Source: Gammaproteobacteria bacterium (GTDB lineage: Bacteria; Pseudomonadota; Gammaproteobacteria; Ga0077536). From it: a stretch of 64,000 bases of DNA. The position numbers and the translations under genes were made by a program. Below the pieces are notes generated by a model. That model saw only the letters and a program-made list of their open reading frames with translations, was not told where the DNA came from and did no database searches. Positions 30,572 through 41,050 of the stretch are shown here, in pieces. Location: NCBI GenBank assembly GCA_963662545.2, contig CAXXLL010000003.1:1024001-1088000 (forward strand). Direction: 5' to 3'. How positions within the stretch are numbered: position 1 is the first letter of the stretch; the number at the start of each line of letters is the position of its first letter.

Positions 30572-30940
30572 TTAACCCGCATCTTCCCGACGTTTTTGCC
30601 CGGCGGCTTCCAGGGCTTCGAGGTATCGTTGCCAGAATTCATCGCGGTTAGCCCCAAGTTCATACAGATAGTCCCAGGTATAAAGTCCGGTATTGTGTCC
30701 GTCGTCGAACACCAGCTTTACTGCATAATTTCCCATGGGCTCGATCTCGCGAATGTTGACCCTCTCTTTACCGACCTGCAGCACCGCCTGTTCAGGACTG
30801 TGCCCGCGCACTTCCGCCGACGGCGAGTGGACCCGCAGATATTCACAGGACAATTCAAACACCTGGCCGTCTTCGAAAGAGATTTCGAGTATTCGCGACT
30901 GTTGGTGAAGCTTAATGTCGGTCGGCAGGTGTTCGGGCAT
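30572..30940 (-). CDS. DUF971 family protein
   Basis: EYLRVHSPSAEVRGH; GNYAVKLVFDDGHNTGLYTW. Confidence 0.9.
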   Translation of the reverse strand: MPEHLPTDIKLHQQSRILEISFEDGQVFELSCEYLRVHSPSAEVRGHSPEQAVLQVGKERVNIREIEPMGNYAVKLVFDDGHNTGLYTWDYLYELGANRDEFWQRYLEALEAAGQKRREDAG

Positions 30941-31019
30941 GGTCAGCCGCCCCTCATAGGCAGGTTCTTAGTGGTTGAACTACCAAGCAGACTTATTACG
31001 GAACGGCACAATAAAACAA

Positions 31020-31126
31020 AACCACAGAGATCACATAGAAATACATTAGTTTTGTGACCTGTAAACGGCCTTCTTTCCCTCTCTTTGTGTCCTCTGTGAT
31101 CTCGCTGGTTCATTGCGACAGTATTT
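31020..31126. repeat. Imperfect hairpin with 9-mer repeat arms and CATTGCGACAGTATT tail
   Basis: Arms AACCACAGAGATCACATAG and CTCTGTGATCTCGCTGGTT. Confidence 0.72.
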
Positions 31127-31164
31127 AGGAACTGGCGGCTTAAGAACTGACCTGTGAGCCGCCC

Positions 31165-32490
31165 TTAAAGGATATATTTGGTGAGATCGTCGTCTGCTGC
31201 CAGTTTGGCGATATGAGTGTTGACATATTCCGCGTCTACGGTCACACGCTGGCCCTCGATTCCAGGCGCCGTGAACGACAGCGCCTCCAGCAACTTTTCC
31301 ATCACGGTATACAACCGTCTTGCGCCGATATTCTCGCTTCGTTCATTGACTTCGAAAGCAATTTGCGCGATCTGAGCAATGCCGTCCGCGGTGAACTCCA
31401 GACTGACGTTCTCCGTGGCCATTAATGCTTTGTATTGACGGCTTAGCGAGGCATCTGGCTCGGTCAGTATTCTTATGAAATCATCGACGGAAAGCGGTGA
31501 CAGCTCGACCCGGTTCGGCAGCCGCCCTTGGAGCTCCGGAATTAAATCGGCCGGCTTCGCGTAATGGAACGCCCCCGAAGCGATGAACAAAATATGGTCC
31601 GTTTTAACCATCCCGTGTTTCGTACTGACTGTGCATCCTTCAACCAAAGGAAGCAGATCGCGCTGCACGCCTTCTCTGGAAACATCCGGCCCGGTCGTTT
31701 CAGCGCGGCGTGCAACTTTGTCTATTTCGTCGAGAAAAACGATTCCGTTCTGTTCTACACTTTGCAATGCGCGCGCGCGGATATCGTCTTCATTGATTAA
31801 TTTCGCTGCTTCTTCTTCGACGAGCATTTTGCGGGCGTTGGGGATGTTCAAGCGGCGGCTGCGTTGCCGGTTCGTGCCCAGGTTCTGGAACATGCTCTGG
31901 AGCTGACTCGTCATCTCCTCCATGCCGGGAGGAGCCATAATTTCCACTCCGATGCTCGGTGAGCTCACCTCGATTTCGATTTCCTTCTCGTCGAGCTGCC
32001 CTTCGCGCAGCATTTTTCGAAAGCGTTGGCGTGTCTCGGATTCGTTCGCCGGCTGATTATCGCCGAAAGTCCTGGGGCCTGGCAGTAGTGCGTCGAGGAT
32101 TCGCTCCTCGGCGGTGTCTTCGGCCTGTGTCTCGACCTGGGACATCGCCTCTTCGCGCTCCATATTGACCGCGACGTCGGCCAAATCGCGCACGATCGAT
32201 TCCACATCGCGCCCGACGTACCCCACTTCCGTAAATTTAGTCGCTTCGACCTTGATGAAGGGAGCGCCCGCGAGGCGGGCCAGGCGTCTCGCGATCTCTG
32301 TTTTTCCGACGCCAGTCGGCCCAATCATCAAGATATTCTTGGGCGTTATCTCATTGCGCAGTTCGGGCTCGACCTGGGAACGCCGCCAGCGATTACGAAG
32401 CGCAATGGCCACGGCGCGTTTCGCATCGTCCTGGCCGATGATGTGCTTGTCGAGTTGTTCGACGATTTCCAGTGGTGTCATCGCTCTCAT
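31165..32490 (-). CDS. hslU: ATP-dependent protease ATPase subunit HslU
   Basis: MTPLEIV; [15 protein letters not shown]; [12 protein letters not shown]; ENIGARRL. Confidence 0.97.
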   Translation of the reverse strand: MRAMTPLEIVEQLDKHIIGQDDAKRAVAIALRNRWRRSQVEPELRNEITPKNILMIGPTGVGKTEIARRLARLAGAPFIKVEATKFTEVGYVGRDVESIVRDLADVAVNMEREEAMSQVETQAEDTAEERILDALLPGPRTFGDNQPANESETRQRFRKMLREGQLDEKEIEIEVSSPSIGVEIMAPPGMEEMTSQLQSMFQNLGTNRQRSRRLNIPNARKMLVEEEAAKLINEDDIRARALQSVEQNGIVFLDEIDKVARRAETTGPDVSREGVQRDLLPLVEGCTVSTKHGMVKTDHILFIASGAFHYAKPADLIPELQGRLPNRVELSPLSVDDFIRILTEPDASLSRQYKALMATENVSLEFTADGIAQIAQIAFEVNERSENIGARRLYTVMEKLLEALSFTAPGIEGQRVTVDAEYVNTHIAKLAADDDLTKYIL

Positions 32491-32500
32491 CGGCGCGCGC

Positions 32501-33040
32501 TCACTCCTCATCGTGCAGCACTTCTATGCTTACGTTTGCGTTGGTGTAGACGCAGATTTCCCCGGCAATCGCTAGCGATCGGCGCACTATCTCTTCGGGA
32601 TCCATCTCGGTTTCTTCGAGCAACGCGCGAGCAGCCGCTCTTGCGTAGGCGCCACCCGAGCCAATTCCAATAACGTCATGCTCTGGTTCTATTACATCCC
32701 CGGTCCCCGAAATTATCAGTGAGTGATCCCGATTTGCAACGGCGAGCATCGCTTCGAGGCGGCGCAATATTCGATCGGTTCGCCAATCCTTTGCCAACTC
32801 GACTGCAGCCCGAAGCAGATTACCGCGATGCTCTTCGAGTTTCGCCTCGAACCGCTCGAACAGGGTAAATGCGTCCGCAGTGCCGCCAGCAAAACCGGCG
32901 ATTACCTCGTCCTGATGAAGGCGGCGAACCTTGCGCGCGTTTCCCTTGAGGATCGTTTCCCCAAAGGATACTTGGCCGTCGCCTCCGATGACGACGTTGC
33001 GTCCCCGGCGAACCGAGAGAATGGTGGTACCTTCAAACAC
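32501..33040 (-). CDS. hslV: ATP-dependent protease peptidase subunit HslV
   Basis: TTILSVR; [17 protein letters not shown]; IGSGG. Confidence 0.97.
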   Translation of the reverse strand: MFEGTTILSVRRGRNVVIGGDGQVSFGETILKGNARKVRRLHQDEVIAGFAGGTADAFTLFERFEAKLEEHRGNLLRAAVELAKDWRTDRILRRLEAMLAVANRDHSLIISGTGDVIEPEHDVIGIGSGGAYARAAARALLEETEMDPEEIVRRSLAIAGEICVYTNANVSIEVLHDEE

Positions 33041-33106
33041 GCCGGATACTTCGTTGAGAAGCGCGGATTGTACACGATGGGCGCGCCCGCGGTTGCTAGC
33101 AGCCTG

Positions 33107-34024
33107 TCAATAATTCCTGCGTCGCCTGGCTCGAGGATGTGCTTGATCGTAAACCTTGGCGAGGTGTTGAAAATCCATGTGGGTATAGATCTGAGTCGTG
33201 CTGATGTTCGAATGGCCCAGCAATTCCTGAACCGCACGCAGATCTCCCGATGACTCAAGCAGATGACTCGCGAAGGAATGTCTCAGCATATGCGGATAAA
33301 CGCGGGTATTGAGGCCGTGTTTAAGCGCCCAGTTGCGCAATCGTTTCTGCACGGTTCGCGCCGAAAGGCGCCCTCCGCCGCGGCTGACGAAAACCGCCGG
33401 CTCATCACCACGAACCAGGCTTGCGCGAAGTGCGAACCATTGTTCGAGAAGTTCACGAGCATGGCGCCCTATCGGTGCGATACGTACCTTTCGCCCCTTA
33501 CCCATCACCCTCACTTCCCCGTTAGCCATGTCGAGATCGGCCACATTCATACCGACGAGTTCGGAGACTCGAAGTCCGCAGGAATAAAGTGTCTCCCACA
33601 TCGCGCGATCGCGCAGTTCAAGCGGTGTTTCCGGCGTCTGTTCGAGCAGGGTAATCATCTGGTCGACGTCGAGCGCACGCGGAAGGCGTCGAGTTGATTT
33701 CGGCGCGCGGATCGATTGCGCCGGATTAGACCCGATCAAACCCCGTAAGGTAAGGAACTTGAAATAAGACCTGAACGCCGACAGCGAACGAGCGAGCGAA
33801 GGACCCTGGACGCCGTCGTGATGGCGCATCGCGACGTAATGACGGATGCAGTGTGAATCCACCGCCGCCCACTCCGTAATCCCCACCGACCGGCAGTGCC
33901 GGCTGAACTGGAGCAAATCGCGCCGATAGGCCTTGACCGTGTTCGCGGAGCGTCCATTAATGGTCGCGAGGTAGGCCTCGATCAACTCATCCAGCGCCGC
34001 ATCGCTGCCACTGCTCATGGCCAT
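33107..34024 (-). CDS. xerC: Tyrosine recombinase XerC
   Basis: GLRVSEL; HMLRHSFASHLLESSGDLRAVQELLGH; dapF-DUF484-xerC synteny. Confidence 0.95.
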   Translation of the reverse strand: MAMSSGSDAALDELIEAYLATINGRSANTVKAYRRDLLQFSRHCRSVGITEWAAVDSHCIRHYVAMRHHDGVQGPSLARSLSAFRSYFKFLTLRGLIGSNPAQSIRAPKSTRRLPRALDVDQMITLLEQTPETPLELRDRAMWETLYSCGLRVSELVGMNVADLDMANGEVRVMGKGRKVRIAPIGRHARELLEQWFALRASLVRGDEPAVFVSRGGGRLSARTVQKRLRNWALKHGLNTRVYPHMLRHSFASHLLESSGDLRAVQELLGHSNISTTQIYTHMDFQHLAKVYDQAHPRARRRRNY

Positions 34025-34035
34025 TGGAACGCCGT

Positions 34036-34752
34036 TTAGCCCGGTTTGGGACGCTTTACCCAGGGATCGAGAACCAAGGTTACAACGTCGCTCAAATAAG
34101 TAAGAAATTCAGTTCCCATGTCGGCCTCGTAGCGATCGGTATCATTACTGTTGACGATCAGGACACCATCCCATCCGTTGCCGTTCAGCGGCATCACAAC
34201 CGCGGAGCCGTCGCGTTCCTCACCTCCGAAAAGCACCAATCGCTGTTCGGCTGATAATGGTCCGCAAACAGTGCGCGCAGATTCGATAACGCCTGCAAAT
34301 GCCGCCCGCGTTGTTGAACTCGTGCCGACGAATTCGGACACTTCACCGCTGTCGATGAATGCCGGTTCGGCAAAAATATAGCTGAAAACCTTGTCGGCGG
34401 AAAAATCGTTCGCTAAACACCGCTCGAGGCTGGAAAAAATGGCTTGAGGTCCAACCGCATTCATGAGTGTCAGCACCAGATCGTGTATCTTGCGATTGAG
34501 TGTTTCATTTTCTCGCGCGAGCGAAACCAACTCCTGCAGGCGGGTTTTGACTTCCGTATTCTCTGTTCGCAGCAATACGACTTGCCGTTCCAACAAAGAT
34601 ACCGCGTCCCCGCTGCCGTGAGAAATGGACAGGTCGCGCAAAAGATCAGGGTGCTTGTCGAGGAATGTCGGGTCACTCCGTAGGAATTTTGCGACCTCTT
34701 CTTCATCCAATCTGGATTCTTCAGGAGACCCTGAAGATGTCACTGACGTCAT
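34036..34752 (-). CDS. DUF484 family protein (YigA-like)
   Basis: AVSLLERQV; MGTEFL; between dapF and xerC. Confidence 0.88.
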   Translation of the reverse strand: MTSVTSSGSPEESRLDEEEVAKFLRSDPTFLDKHPDLLRDLSISHGSGDAVSLLERQVVLLRTENTEVKTRLQELVSLARENETLNRKIHDLVLTLMNAVGPQAIFSSLERCLANDFSADKVFSYIFAEPAFIDSGEVSEFVGTSSTTRAAFAGVIESARTVCGPLSAEQRLVLFGGEERDGSAVVMPLNGNGWDGVLIVNSNDTDRYEADMGTEFLTYLSDVVTLVLDPWVKRPKPG

Positions 34753-35582
34753 AGTTCTATCGTCCCCTCGTAAACGAATGTCGCCGGACCGGTCATCCAC
34801 ATCGAATGCCGTGGATCACCGTCCCAGTCAATTTCCAAACTGCCACCCGCGAGTTCAACAGTCACTTCATCGTCCACCAGGTCCCATCTTCGGCCGATTG
34901 CAACTGCCGCGCAAGCACCGGTGCCGCACGCACGCGTCTCCCCCACTCCGCGTTCGTAAACACGTAACTTCATCGATTGACGATTCAGTATCTGCATAAA
35001 CCCCACGTTCACGCGCCGTGGGAATTGGTTGCAATGTTGGAAGCGTTCACCGATCGGGGTTACGCGCGCATCTGTAACCGCTTCGACCTGGATTACGGCG
35101 TGCGGATTACCCAGAGAAACGGCTCCGAACTCAATCGTTTCTCCGTCGAGTTCGAGTTGATAACGCGCCTGCAGATCGATGGCGTTCATCGGAATCTCGC
35201 TCGGAGAAAACCGAGGCCGGCCCATATCTGCCCGAATCTGGCCATCGGGTTCGAAGTTCAAGTGCACGACAGCCTTGTCGATTTCTAAATCGATGCCATC
35301 GGACGCGACCTCGCCCCGCCGTTCCATATAAAGCGCTACGCAGCGTACGCCATTGCCGCAGTGTTCGGCCATGGTGCCGTCCGCGTTGAATACGCGGTAC
35401 CTTGCGACTGCGCGCGAGGCCCCGGCCGCTTCTATGGATAGCACCTGATCACAGCCAACCCCCAGGCGCCTGTCAGCCAGCAGCGACAGGGATTCGCGGT
35501 CGAGGTCAAATGATCGATCACGCTGGTCAACCAACACGAAATCGTTACCCAATCCGTGCATTTTTACGAATGGAATTTTCAT
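34749..35582 (-). CDS. dapF: Diaminopimelate epimerase
   Basis: KMHGLGNDF; CGNGVRC; ERGVGETRACGTGACA. Confidence 0.97.
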   Translation of the reverse strand: MKIPFVKMHGLGNDFVLVDQRDRSFDLDRESLSLLADRRLGVGCDQVLSIEAAGASRAVARYRVFNADGTMAEHCGNGVRCVALYMERRGEVASDGIDLEIDKAVVHLNFEPDGQIRADMGRPRFSPSEIPMNAIDLQARYQLELDGETIEFGAVSLGNPHAVIQVEAVTDARVTPIGERFQHCNQFPRRVNVGFMQILNRQSMKLRVYERGVGETRACGTGACAAVAIGRRWDLVDDEVTVELAGGSLEIDWDGDPRHSMWMTGPATFVYEGTIEL

Positions 35583-35607
35583 ATCGGGTCATTCACCGGC
35601 GTCATCA

Positions 35608-36714
35608 TCAGGCCGCCGATATCGACGTCTCGGGACCGTCCGGCCCGGCAAGATGGATCGTTGAGGTCGGGAATGCGCACTGGGCACCATGGTCCTCGAT
35701 GATCTCGATAATTTTTAGCAGGATGTCCTGCTTGATTTCGTGAAACCGCACCCATTGAGTCGTTTTCGTATACGTGTATACGAAGAAATCCAATGAAGAC
35801 GGCGAAAACTCATTGAAGTTCACGATCAAGGTCTGATCCGAATCGATTTCCGGATGCGCCTCCAACATTGCCTTTACGTCCGCAACGACACCAGCCATCT
35901 GGCCCGCATCATCGTATCGGATTCCAATCGTCTCAACTATCCGCCGGTTGGTCATACGCGATGGATTTTCGACGACAATGTGTGTGAACAGTGCGTTTGG
36001 AACGTACAGCGGGCGCTTATCAAAGGTTCGCATTACCGTCAACCGCCAACCGATTTTCTCCACGGTGCCTTCGATGTTTCGATCCGGCGATCGCACCCAA
36101 TCTCCAACACTAAACGGCCGATCGAGGTGAATCATGAGCCCCCCGAAAAAATTGGCGAGCAAATCCTTCGCGGCGAAGCCAATGGCAATACCGCCGACTC
36201 CCCCGAATGCGAGCACCCCCGACACTTTATAGCCCAATGTCTGGAACCCCACCAACGCCGCCGTGATGATGATCGACAACCGCAGGAGTTGGGCGATCGC
36301 GTCCGCCGTGGTCTGGTCAATCTCCTCTTCGACAGCTCTCTTGTGTTTAAGATACGAAACTTCGCACCGCGTAATAAAGCGTACCAGAAACCAGGCGATC
36401 CCTCCGATGACACCGACATCGCGTAAGTAACCGACGGCGGCGAAGATAGCCGCCGCCTTTTCCGCCTGCACGATCGATATTGCATACGAAATCCCAACGA
36501 TCCAGATGACGACCCGTAATGGTGTGCGAATCGCATCCACGAAGGCATCGTCCCAATAGCTGTCGGTTCGTTGGAATTGGCCATACACGCGATCGACCGC
36601 CCGTTTTTGGATGAAGTCGATCAGCAGGGTGATAAAGACAACGATGAACACCTGGATCAGCCACGATTCCTGATGGAAATAATCCGCTATTTTGGAAATG
36701 ATCGCGTCGTTCAT
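35608..36714 (-). CDS. Small-conductance mechanosensitive channel (MscS family, YnaI-like)
   Basis: IGFAAKDLLANFFGG; DRPFSVGDW; GTVEKIGWR. Confidence 0.92.
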   Translation of the reverse strand: MNDAIISKIADYFHQESWLIQVFIVVFITLLIDFIQKRAVDRVYGQFQRTDSYWDDAFVDAIRTPLRVVIWIVGISYAISIVQAEKAAAIFAAVGYLRDVGVIGGIAWFLVRFITRCEVSYLKHKRAVEEEIDQTTADAIAQLLRLSIIITAALVGFQTLGYKVSGVLAFGGVGGIAIGFAAKDLLANFFGGLMIHLDRPFSVGDWVRSPDRNIEGTVEKIGWRLTVMRTFDKRPLYVPNALFTHIVVENPSRMTNRRIVETIGIRYDDAGQMAGVVADVKAMLEAHPEIDSDQTLIVNFNEFSPSSLDFFVYTYTKTTQWVRFHEIKQDILLKIIEIIEDHGAQCAFPTSTIHLAGPDGPETSISAA

Positions 36715-36736
36715 CGATAGTTTTCCGCGTTAGGTT

Positions 36737-37651
36737 TTAATATATCGCTTCGACGACGAATCCCTGCTGCTCCAGCCGGCGAAGAATGCCCCTCTCACCT
36801 GGCAAATGCATAGCGCCGACGGCGACAAATACCTTCCCCTCATCGAACAATGGCTCCAGCCGCTGCACCATTTTCCCGTTGCGTTGCCACAGAAGTTTAT
36901 CCAGGAACGCCTGCTTTTCGTCGGTCACGTACCGCAGGGAAAGGCGGGTCAGCGCCAGAAGGTCGCGCCTCTCATAATGTTGCACCATACGCTCGATATC
37001 CTCTTGAAAGTGGACATAGTGACATGCGACTTCCCGCAGCATCTCGATTTGATCATTTTCCGCGATCGATTCGAACACCGCGATCTGCTCTTCCACCGTT
37101 TCAAGACTGATCAGTTCCTTGCCGGCCGCCTGCGCCGTCATCATCAAAATCAGGTCTAACGGTATACCCTCTTTTTCGACGGGAAGACTCAAGGCCGTAA
37201 AAGCCGCCCAGGGTTTCATGGTGTTGGCAATAACCGCTGGTATGCCGTAGTTTTCGAGGTGGCCCGCGGCAAGCTCGAATAATTCCCGCCCTGCTATATC
37301 ACTCAAGCGCCGGCCGTCCAGGTAGAACATCGCCGCTTGCAGATGGAACACTACATCGGCATCGAGTAGCAATTCCATGGCGAAGCGTTCGCTTCGCTCG
37401 AGTTCGTCAGCGACGATATCCGCGATTGAAGTCACCCGTGGATCTGAAACGTGCATCGTTCCAAGCAGGAAGTTTTCGGCTTTACCAGGGCGCACGACGC
37501 GCCACAACAAGCCGCTGGGATGCTTGATGCTCCCGATTGTTATCCCAGGGGTAGTGACCAGGGGCGGGCACTCCGCCGCAAATGCCGCCCGATAGACCGC
37601 AAAGGAGACGATCAACATGAGCGTCGGCAAATATTTTACACTGGACGCCAT
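36737..37651 (-). CDS. TraB/GumN family protein
   Basis: LLGTMH; LETVEEQI; RNGKM; FVAVGAMHLPGERGIL. Confidence 0.9.
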   Translation of the reverse strand: MASSVKYLPTLMLIVSFAVYRAAFAAECPPLVTTPGITIGSIKHPSGLLWRVVRPGKAENFLLGTMHVSDPRVTSIADIVADELERSERFAMELLLDADVVFHLQAAMFYLDGRRLSDIAGRELFELAAGHLENYGIPAVIANTMKPWAAFTALSLPVEKEGIPLDLILMMTAQAAGKELISLETVEEQIAVFESIAENDQIEMLREVACHYVHFQEDIERMVQHYERRDLLALTRLSLRYVTDEKQAFLDKLLWQRNGKMVQRLEPLFDEGKVFVAVGAMHLPGERGILRRLEQQGFVVEAIY

Positions 37652-37655
37652 TCGG

Positions 37656-38717
37656 CTATCCCAAAAGATTGTCGTCACCAAGATCGAGTTCGGGACTCGG
37701 ATTCCACCTACGCACTCGATCGACGATCGATCGCCACTTTTCCGAATTGGACAATTCCTCGATGCTGGGGCTCTCGCCATGCCCGTGCATACGCATAAGC
37801 CTCACCTGCGCTAGAGGACTGTATTCGCTACCTAGTTCATCGAGGATTTCGACAACCGCCTCGCGACGATTGCAGATCAGCAAAATGTCGCATCCGGCGG
37901 AGAGTGCCGCTTGCGCGCGATCGGCGTAACACCCTCCGGCTTCGGCACCGGCCATGCTCAGGTCATCGCTGAACACTACGCCCTTAAATCGCATGTCTGC
38001 GCGTAAGACGTCTTCAATCCATATTTTCGAATATCCGGCCGCGTGTCGATCGACTTTGGGATAGAGTACGTGGGCGGTCATGATCCCCTCGATTCCCGAT
38101 TCGACCAAGCCGCGGAAGGGCACGAGATCCGCCTGTTCTATGTCATAGAAATCACGTTCGTCCACCGGAAGCTCGACATGAGAATCCGCAGAGACGCAGC
38201 CGTGCCCTGGGAAGTGCTTACCCACCGCCGCCATCCTCGCCTCACGCATGCCGGCGACATACGCTCGCGCCAGTCGGGTCACCGCATGGGGAAAGGCGTG
38301 AAACGCGCGATCGCCAATGATCGAACTATACGCCGTTCGAAGATCCAGCACCGGCGCGAAACTGAAATCGAGCCCTGCACCGCGGAGTTCTGCGGCCATG
38401 AGCCAACCGCAGTCCCTGGCCAACGCCAGGCCCCGGTCGTGATCCTTGTCATATAACTCGCCGATGGAAGCAAGCGCGGGAAGCTCCGAAAATTCAGATC
38501 GGAAACGCTGTACACGGCCGCCTTCCTGATCGACCGCGACGAGCAACCGGGGTTCGCGAAGATTGTGGACCTCAGCAGTCAATTCCCTCAGTTGTGCGGC
38601 GTTCTCGGAATTTCTCGAAAATAGGATCACGCCGCCTACGAACGGGTGACTCAGCAGTTCGCGATCCTCGGCGCTAAGGCTGGGACCGGCAATGTCGATC
38701 ATCAATGGTCCGAGCAT
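37656..38717 (-). CDS. nagZ: beta-N-acetylhexosaminidase NagZ (GH3)
   Basis: DQEGGRVQRF; KHFPGHG; DSH; FSDDLSM. Confidence 0.96.
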   Translation of the reverse strand: MLGPLMIDIAGPSLSAEDRELLSHPFVGGVILFSRNSENAAQLRELTAEVHNLREPRLLVAVDQEGGRVQRFRSEFSELPALASIGELYDKDHDRGLALARDCGWLMAAELRGAGLDFSFAPVLDLRTAYSSIIGDRAFHAFPHAVTRLARAYVAGMREARMAAVGKHFPGHGCVSADSHVELPVDERDFYDIEQADLVPFRGLVESGIEGIMTAHVLYPKVDRHAAGYSKIWIEDVLRADMRFKGVVFSDDLSMAGAEAGGCYADRAQAALSAGCDILLICNRREAVVEILDELGSEYSPLAQVRLMRMHGHGESPSIEELSNSEKWRSIVDRVRRWNPSPELDLGDDNLLG

Positions 38718-38756
38718 TACCGACGCCGTCCGTTAACTCGCGTAAGCATGTTCCAA

Positions 38757-39554
38757 CTACAACCGATCGATTTGCCAGTGATCCCGCAGTCGATCACCGA
38801 TAAGACTGAGCGCGACAACCACACTCATTAGTGCGCATCCCGGCATGATGACCAGATGCGGCGCCATCAACATATAGCGCGTACCGTCGCGTATCATACT
38901 CCCCCATGATGCTGTCGGCGGCTGAATGCCCAGCCCGAGAAACGATAGCCCCGCCTCGGCGACAATGACCCCCGCAAGACCGAAAGTGATTTCCACGATG
39001 ATCGGCGCGGCGATCAATGGAAGGATATGACGCATTACGATTCGCGGGGGCGACGTGCCCAATGCGACCGCGATCGACACGTGATCGCGATGCTTGACGG
39101 ACAGAGTTTGCGCGCGGGCAAGGCGCGCAAACCCGACCCAGCCCACGACCGTAAGCGCAATAACAACATTGCCGATCCCGGGTCCGAGAATTCCTGCCAG
39201 GGCGATCGCGAGCAAGATGCCGGGGAAAGCCAGGAACACATCCATTACGCGCACGATAAGGAGGTCGATGATTCCTCCTTTCCATCCTGAATAGAGGCCC
39301 ACCGCGGTACCGATCAGGCAGGCGCACGTGACGACCGCAAATGCTATTGCGAAAGATACGCCTGCGCCGGCCGTAATACGGGTTGCCACGCTCCGCCCGA
39401 GATCATCGTGCCCCATCAACGCGATGGTTGATGGTCCGACCAATATCCCGGCCAGATCGATCTCGTCGGGATCGGACGATACGAACGGAGAAAAAGCAGC
39501 CAACGCCAGCCATGCAAGCAATATGCCCAGAGCGATGCGAATCGACAACGCCAT
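38757..39554 (-). CDS. Peptide ABC transporter permease (OppC/DppC type)
   Basis: GHDDLGRS; FPGILLAI; EAGLSFLGLGIQPPTASWG; start at 39554 (TGATG overlap). Confidence 0.9.
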   Translation of the reverse strand: MALSIRIALGILLAWLALAAFSPFVSSDPDEIDLAGILVGPSTIALMGHDDLGRSVATRITAGAGVSFAIAFAVVTCACLIGTAVGLYSGWKGGIIDLLIVRVMDVFLAFPGILLAIALAGILGPGIGNVVIALTVVGWVGFARLARAQTLSVKHRDHVSIAVALGTSPPRIVMRHILPLIAAPIIVEITFGLAGVIVAEAGLSFLGLGIQPPTASWGSMIRDGTRYMLMAPHLVIMPGCALMSVVVALSLIGDRLRDHWQIDRL

Positions 39555-40480
39555 CAATCGAGTTCGATTCTCGGATCGATCATCGTGTAGGCAAAATCGG
39601 TCAGCGTATTTACGAATACGTAGCTCAGGCTGATCATGAGCACGCAGCCTTGCAATACTGGGTAGTCCCGTCTGTGAATGGACTCGACGGCAAGCTGTCC
39701 CAAGCCTGGCCAACCGAATACGATTTCGGTGATCACGGCTCCACCGAGCAAGGCACCGAGTTGCAGACCGATAACGGTAATCACGGGGAGCGCGGCATTG
39801 CGGCATGCGTGGCCCACGATCACCGTGAACTCCGTGAGTCCACGCGCACGCGCTGCGGTCACGAAAGGCTCGGTGAGAACATCGGCGAGTGCTGCCCGCA
39901 CCATTCTTGCCAACAATGCCGCGAGCGAGACGCCTAGCGTGATCGCTGGTAGAACGAGGGCCGCTAAGCCGTTCGCACCGCCAATCGGCAGCCAGTTCAG
40001 TTTCACGGCGAAGACGATGATCAAAAACGGCCCGAGCACGAAATTCGGCACCGACATACCGAGAACCGCGAGTAGACTCGCTGCCGTATCCCATCCCCTG
40101 CCGGCGTTGAGTGCAGCAATCACACCCAGGGGCAGACCGATCGTGATCGCCACCATCAAAGCCGCGCCTGCAAGTAGCAGGGTCATGGCGAAGTGAGTTC
40201 CGAGTAGTTCCGAGACGGGACGCCCGGTATGAAAAGAGATTCCGAAGTCAAACCGCATAACGCCACCGACGAAACGCAGCCACTGCTCCAGTAGTGGCCG
40301 GTCAAGGCCCAGCATGGTTCGCAATTCAGCGCGGTCCGCGCTGCTGGCGTATTCGCCGAGCATCACTTCGACCGGATCACCCGGAACCAGGTGAATGAGC
40401 ACGAAAACGATAGAAGTCACACCCACTACGACGGTTACCGCCGTCGCAATACGCGTCGTGATGTTTGCACCCATCGCCAT
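39554..40480 (-). CDS. Peptide ABC transporter permease (OppB/DppB type)
   Basis: VPGDPV; TAARARGL; GAVITEIVFGWPGLG; RDYPVLQG; start 40474 or 40480. Confidence 0.9.
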   Translation of the reverse strand: MAMGANITTRIATAVTVVVGVTSIVFVLIHLVPGDPVEVMLGEYASSADRAELRTMLGLDRPLLEQWLRFVGGVMRFDFGISFHTGRPVSELLGTHFAMTLLLAGAALMVAITIGLPLGVIAALNAGRGWDTAASLLAVLGMSVPNFVLGPFLIIVFAVKLNWLPIGGANGLAALVLPAITLGVSLAALLARMVRAALADVLTEPFVTAARARGLTEFTVIVGHACRNAALPVITVIGLQLGALLGGAVITEIVFGWPGLGQLAVESIHRRDYPVLQGCVLMISLSYVFVNTLTDFAYTMIDPRIELD

Positions 40481-40550
40481 GTATGCTAACAGGAGATTAT
40501 GAACCTGACGCGTGCTGTGACCAAGCGAGTTCCCGTGTAAGATACTGGCC

Positions 40551-41039
40551 GTGCCACGTTTCGAATTCGAGCAAAGCCCCGATTCCGGCGACTTGGTTGA
40601 CCAAGGTACTCGTATTTTGAATCTGGTCGTCCGCGGATTCGGACTGGTGCTGCTTCTCGTTGGTATGATCGTCGCGCTCATGGTCATCACGAGCGCTTGG
40701 TCGCTATACGATGATCCTGAAAAGATCGAATCCTTCGCGCGCGCGATCGAGCACGGGTCGAACCTGGACCTAAGCTTGTCGAGCGCTAAGACCACCGGAC
40801 GCAGGCAGTTGGAATCGAGCTCGGTAGACAGCGGGCCAATACTGGAACAGACCGTCGCGCCGCGGCCTGAGTTTCGATTCTCTTATTTCATTGCGTGGCT
40901 GATTGCGATCTTGTTGTTGATGATGATCGGACGTCTTTCGATTACCGCCGTGCGCACAGGTGGAGAACTGGCGCTCTACGATGTGCAGGTCAAGAAATTA
41001 GCCCGCGCCTTGCTGGAGGAGCGCGCTCGAATTAACTGA
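40551..41039 (+). CDS. Hypothetical membrane protein (2 TM)
   Basis: 162-aa ORF with two clear hydrophobic helices; fills the gap. Confidence 0.65.
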   Translation: MPRFEFEQSPDSGDLVDQGTRILNLVVRGFGLVLLLVGMIVALMVITSAWSLYDDPEKIESFARAIEHGSNLDLSLSSAKTTGRRQLESSSVDSGPILEQTVAPRPEFRFSYFIAWLIAILLLMMIGRLSITAVRTGGELALYDVQVKKLARALLEERARIN

Positions 41040-41050
41040 TTCCCTCCGGG

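Noticed and set aside
33107-34024. Tyrosine recombinase as a prophage or island integrase
   Set aside because: Sequence and the dapF-DUF484-xerC-hslVU context identify housekeeping XerC.
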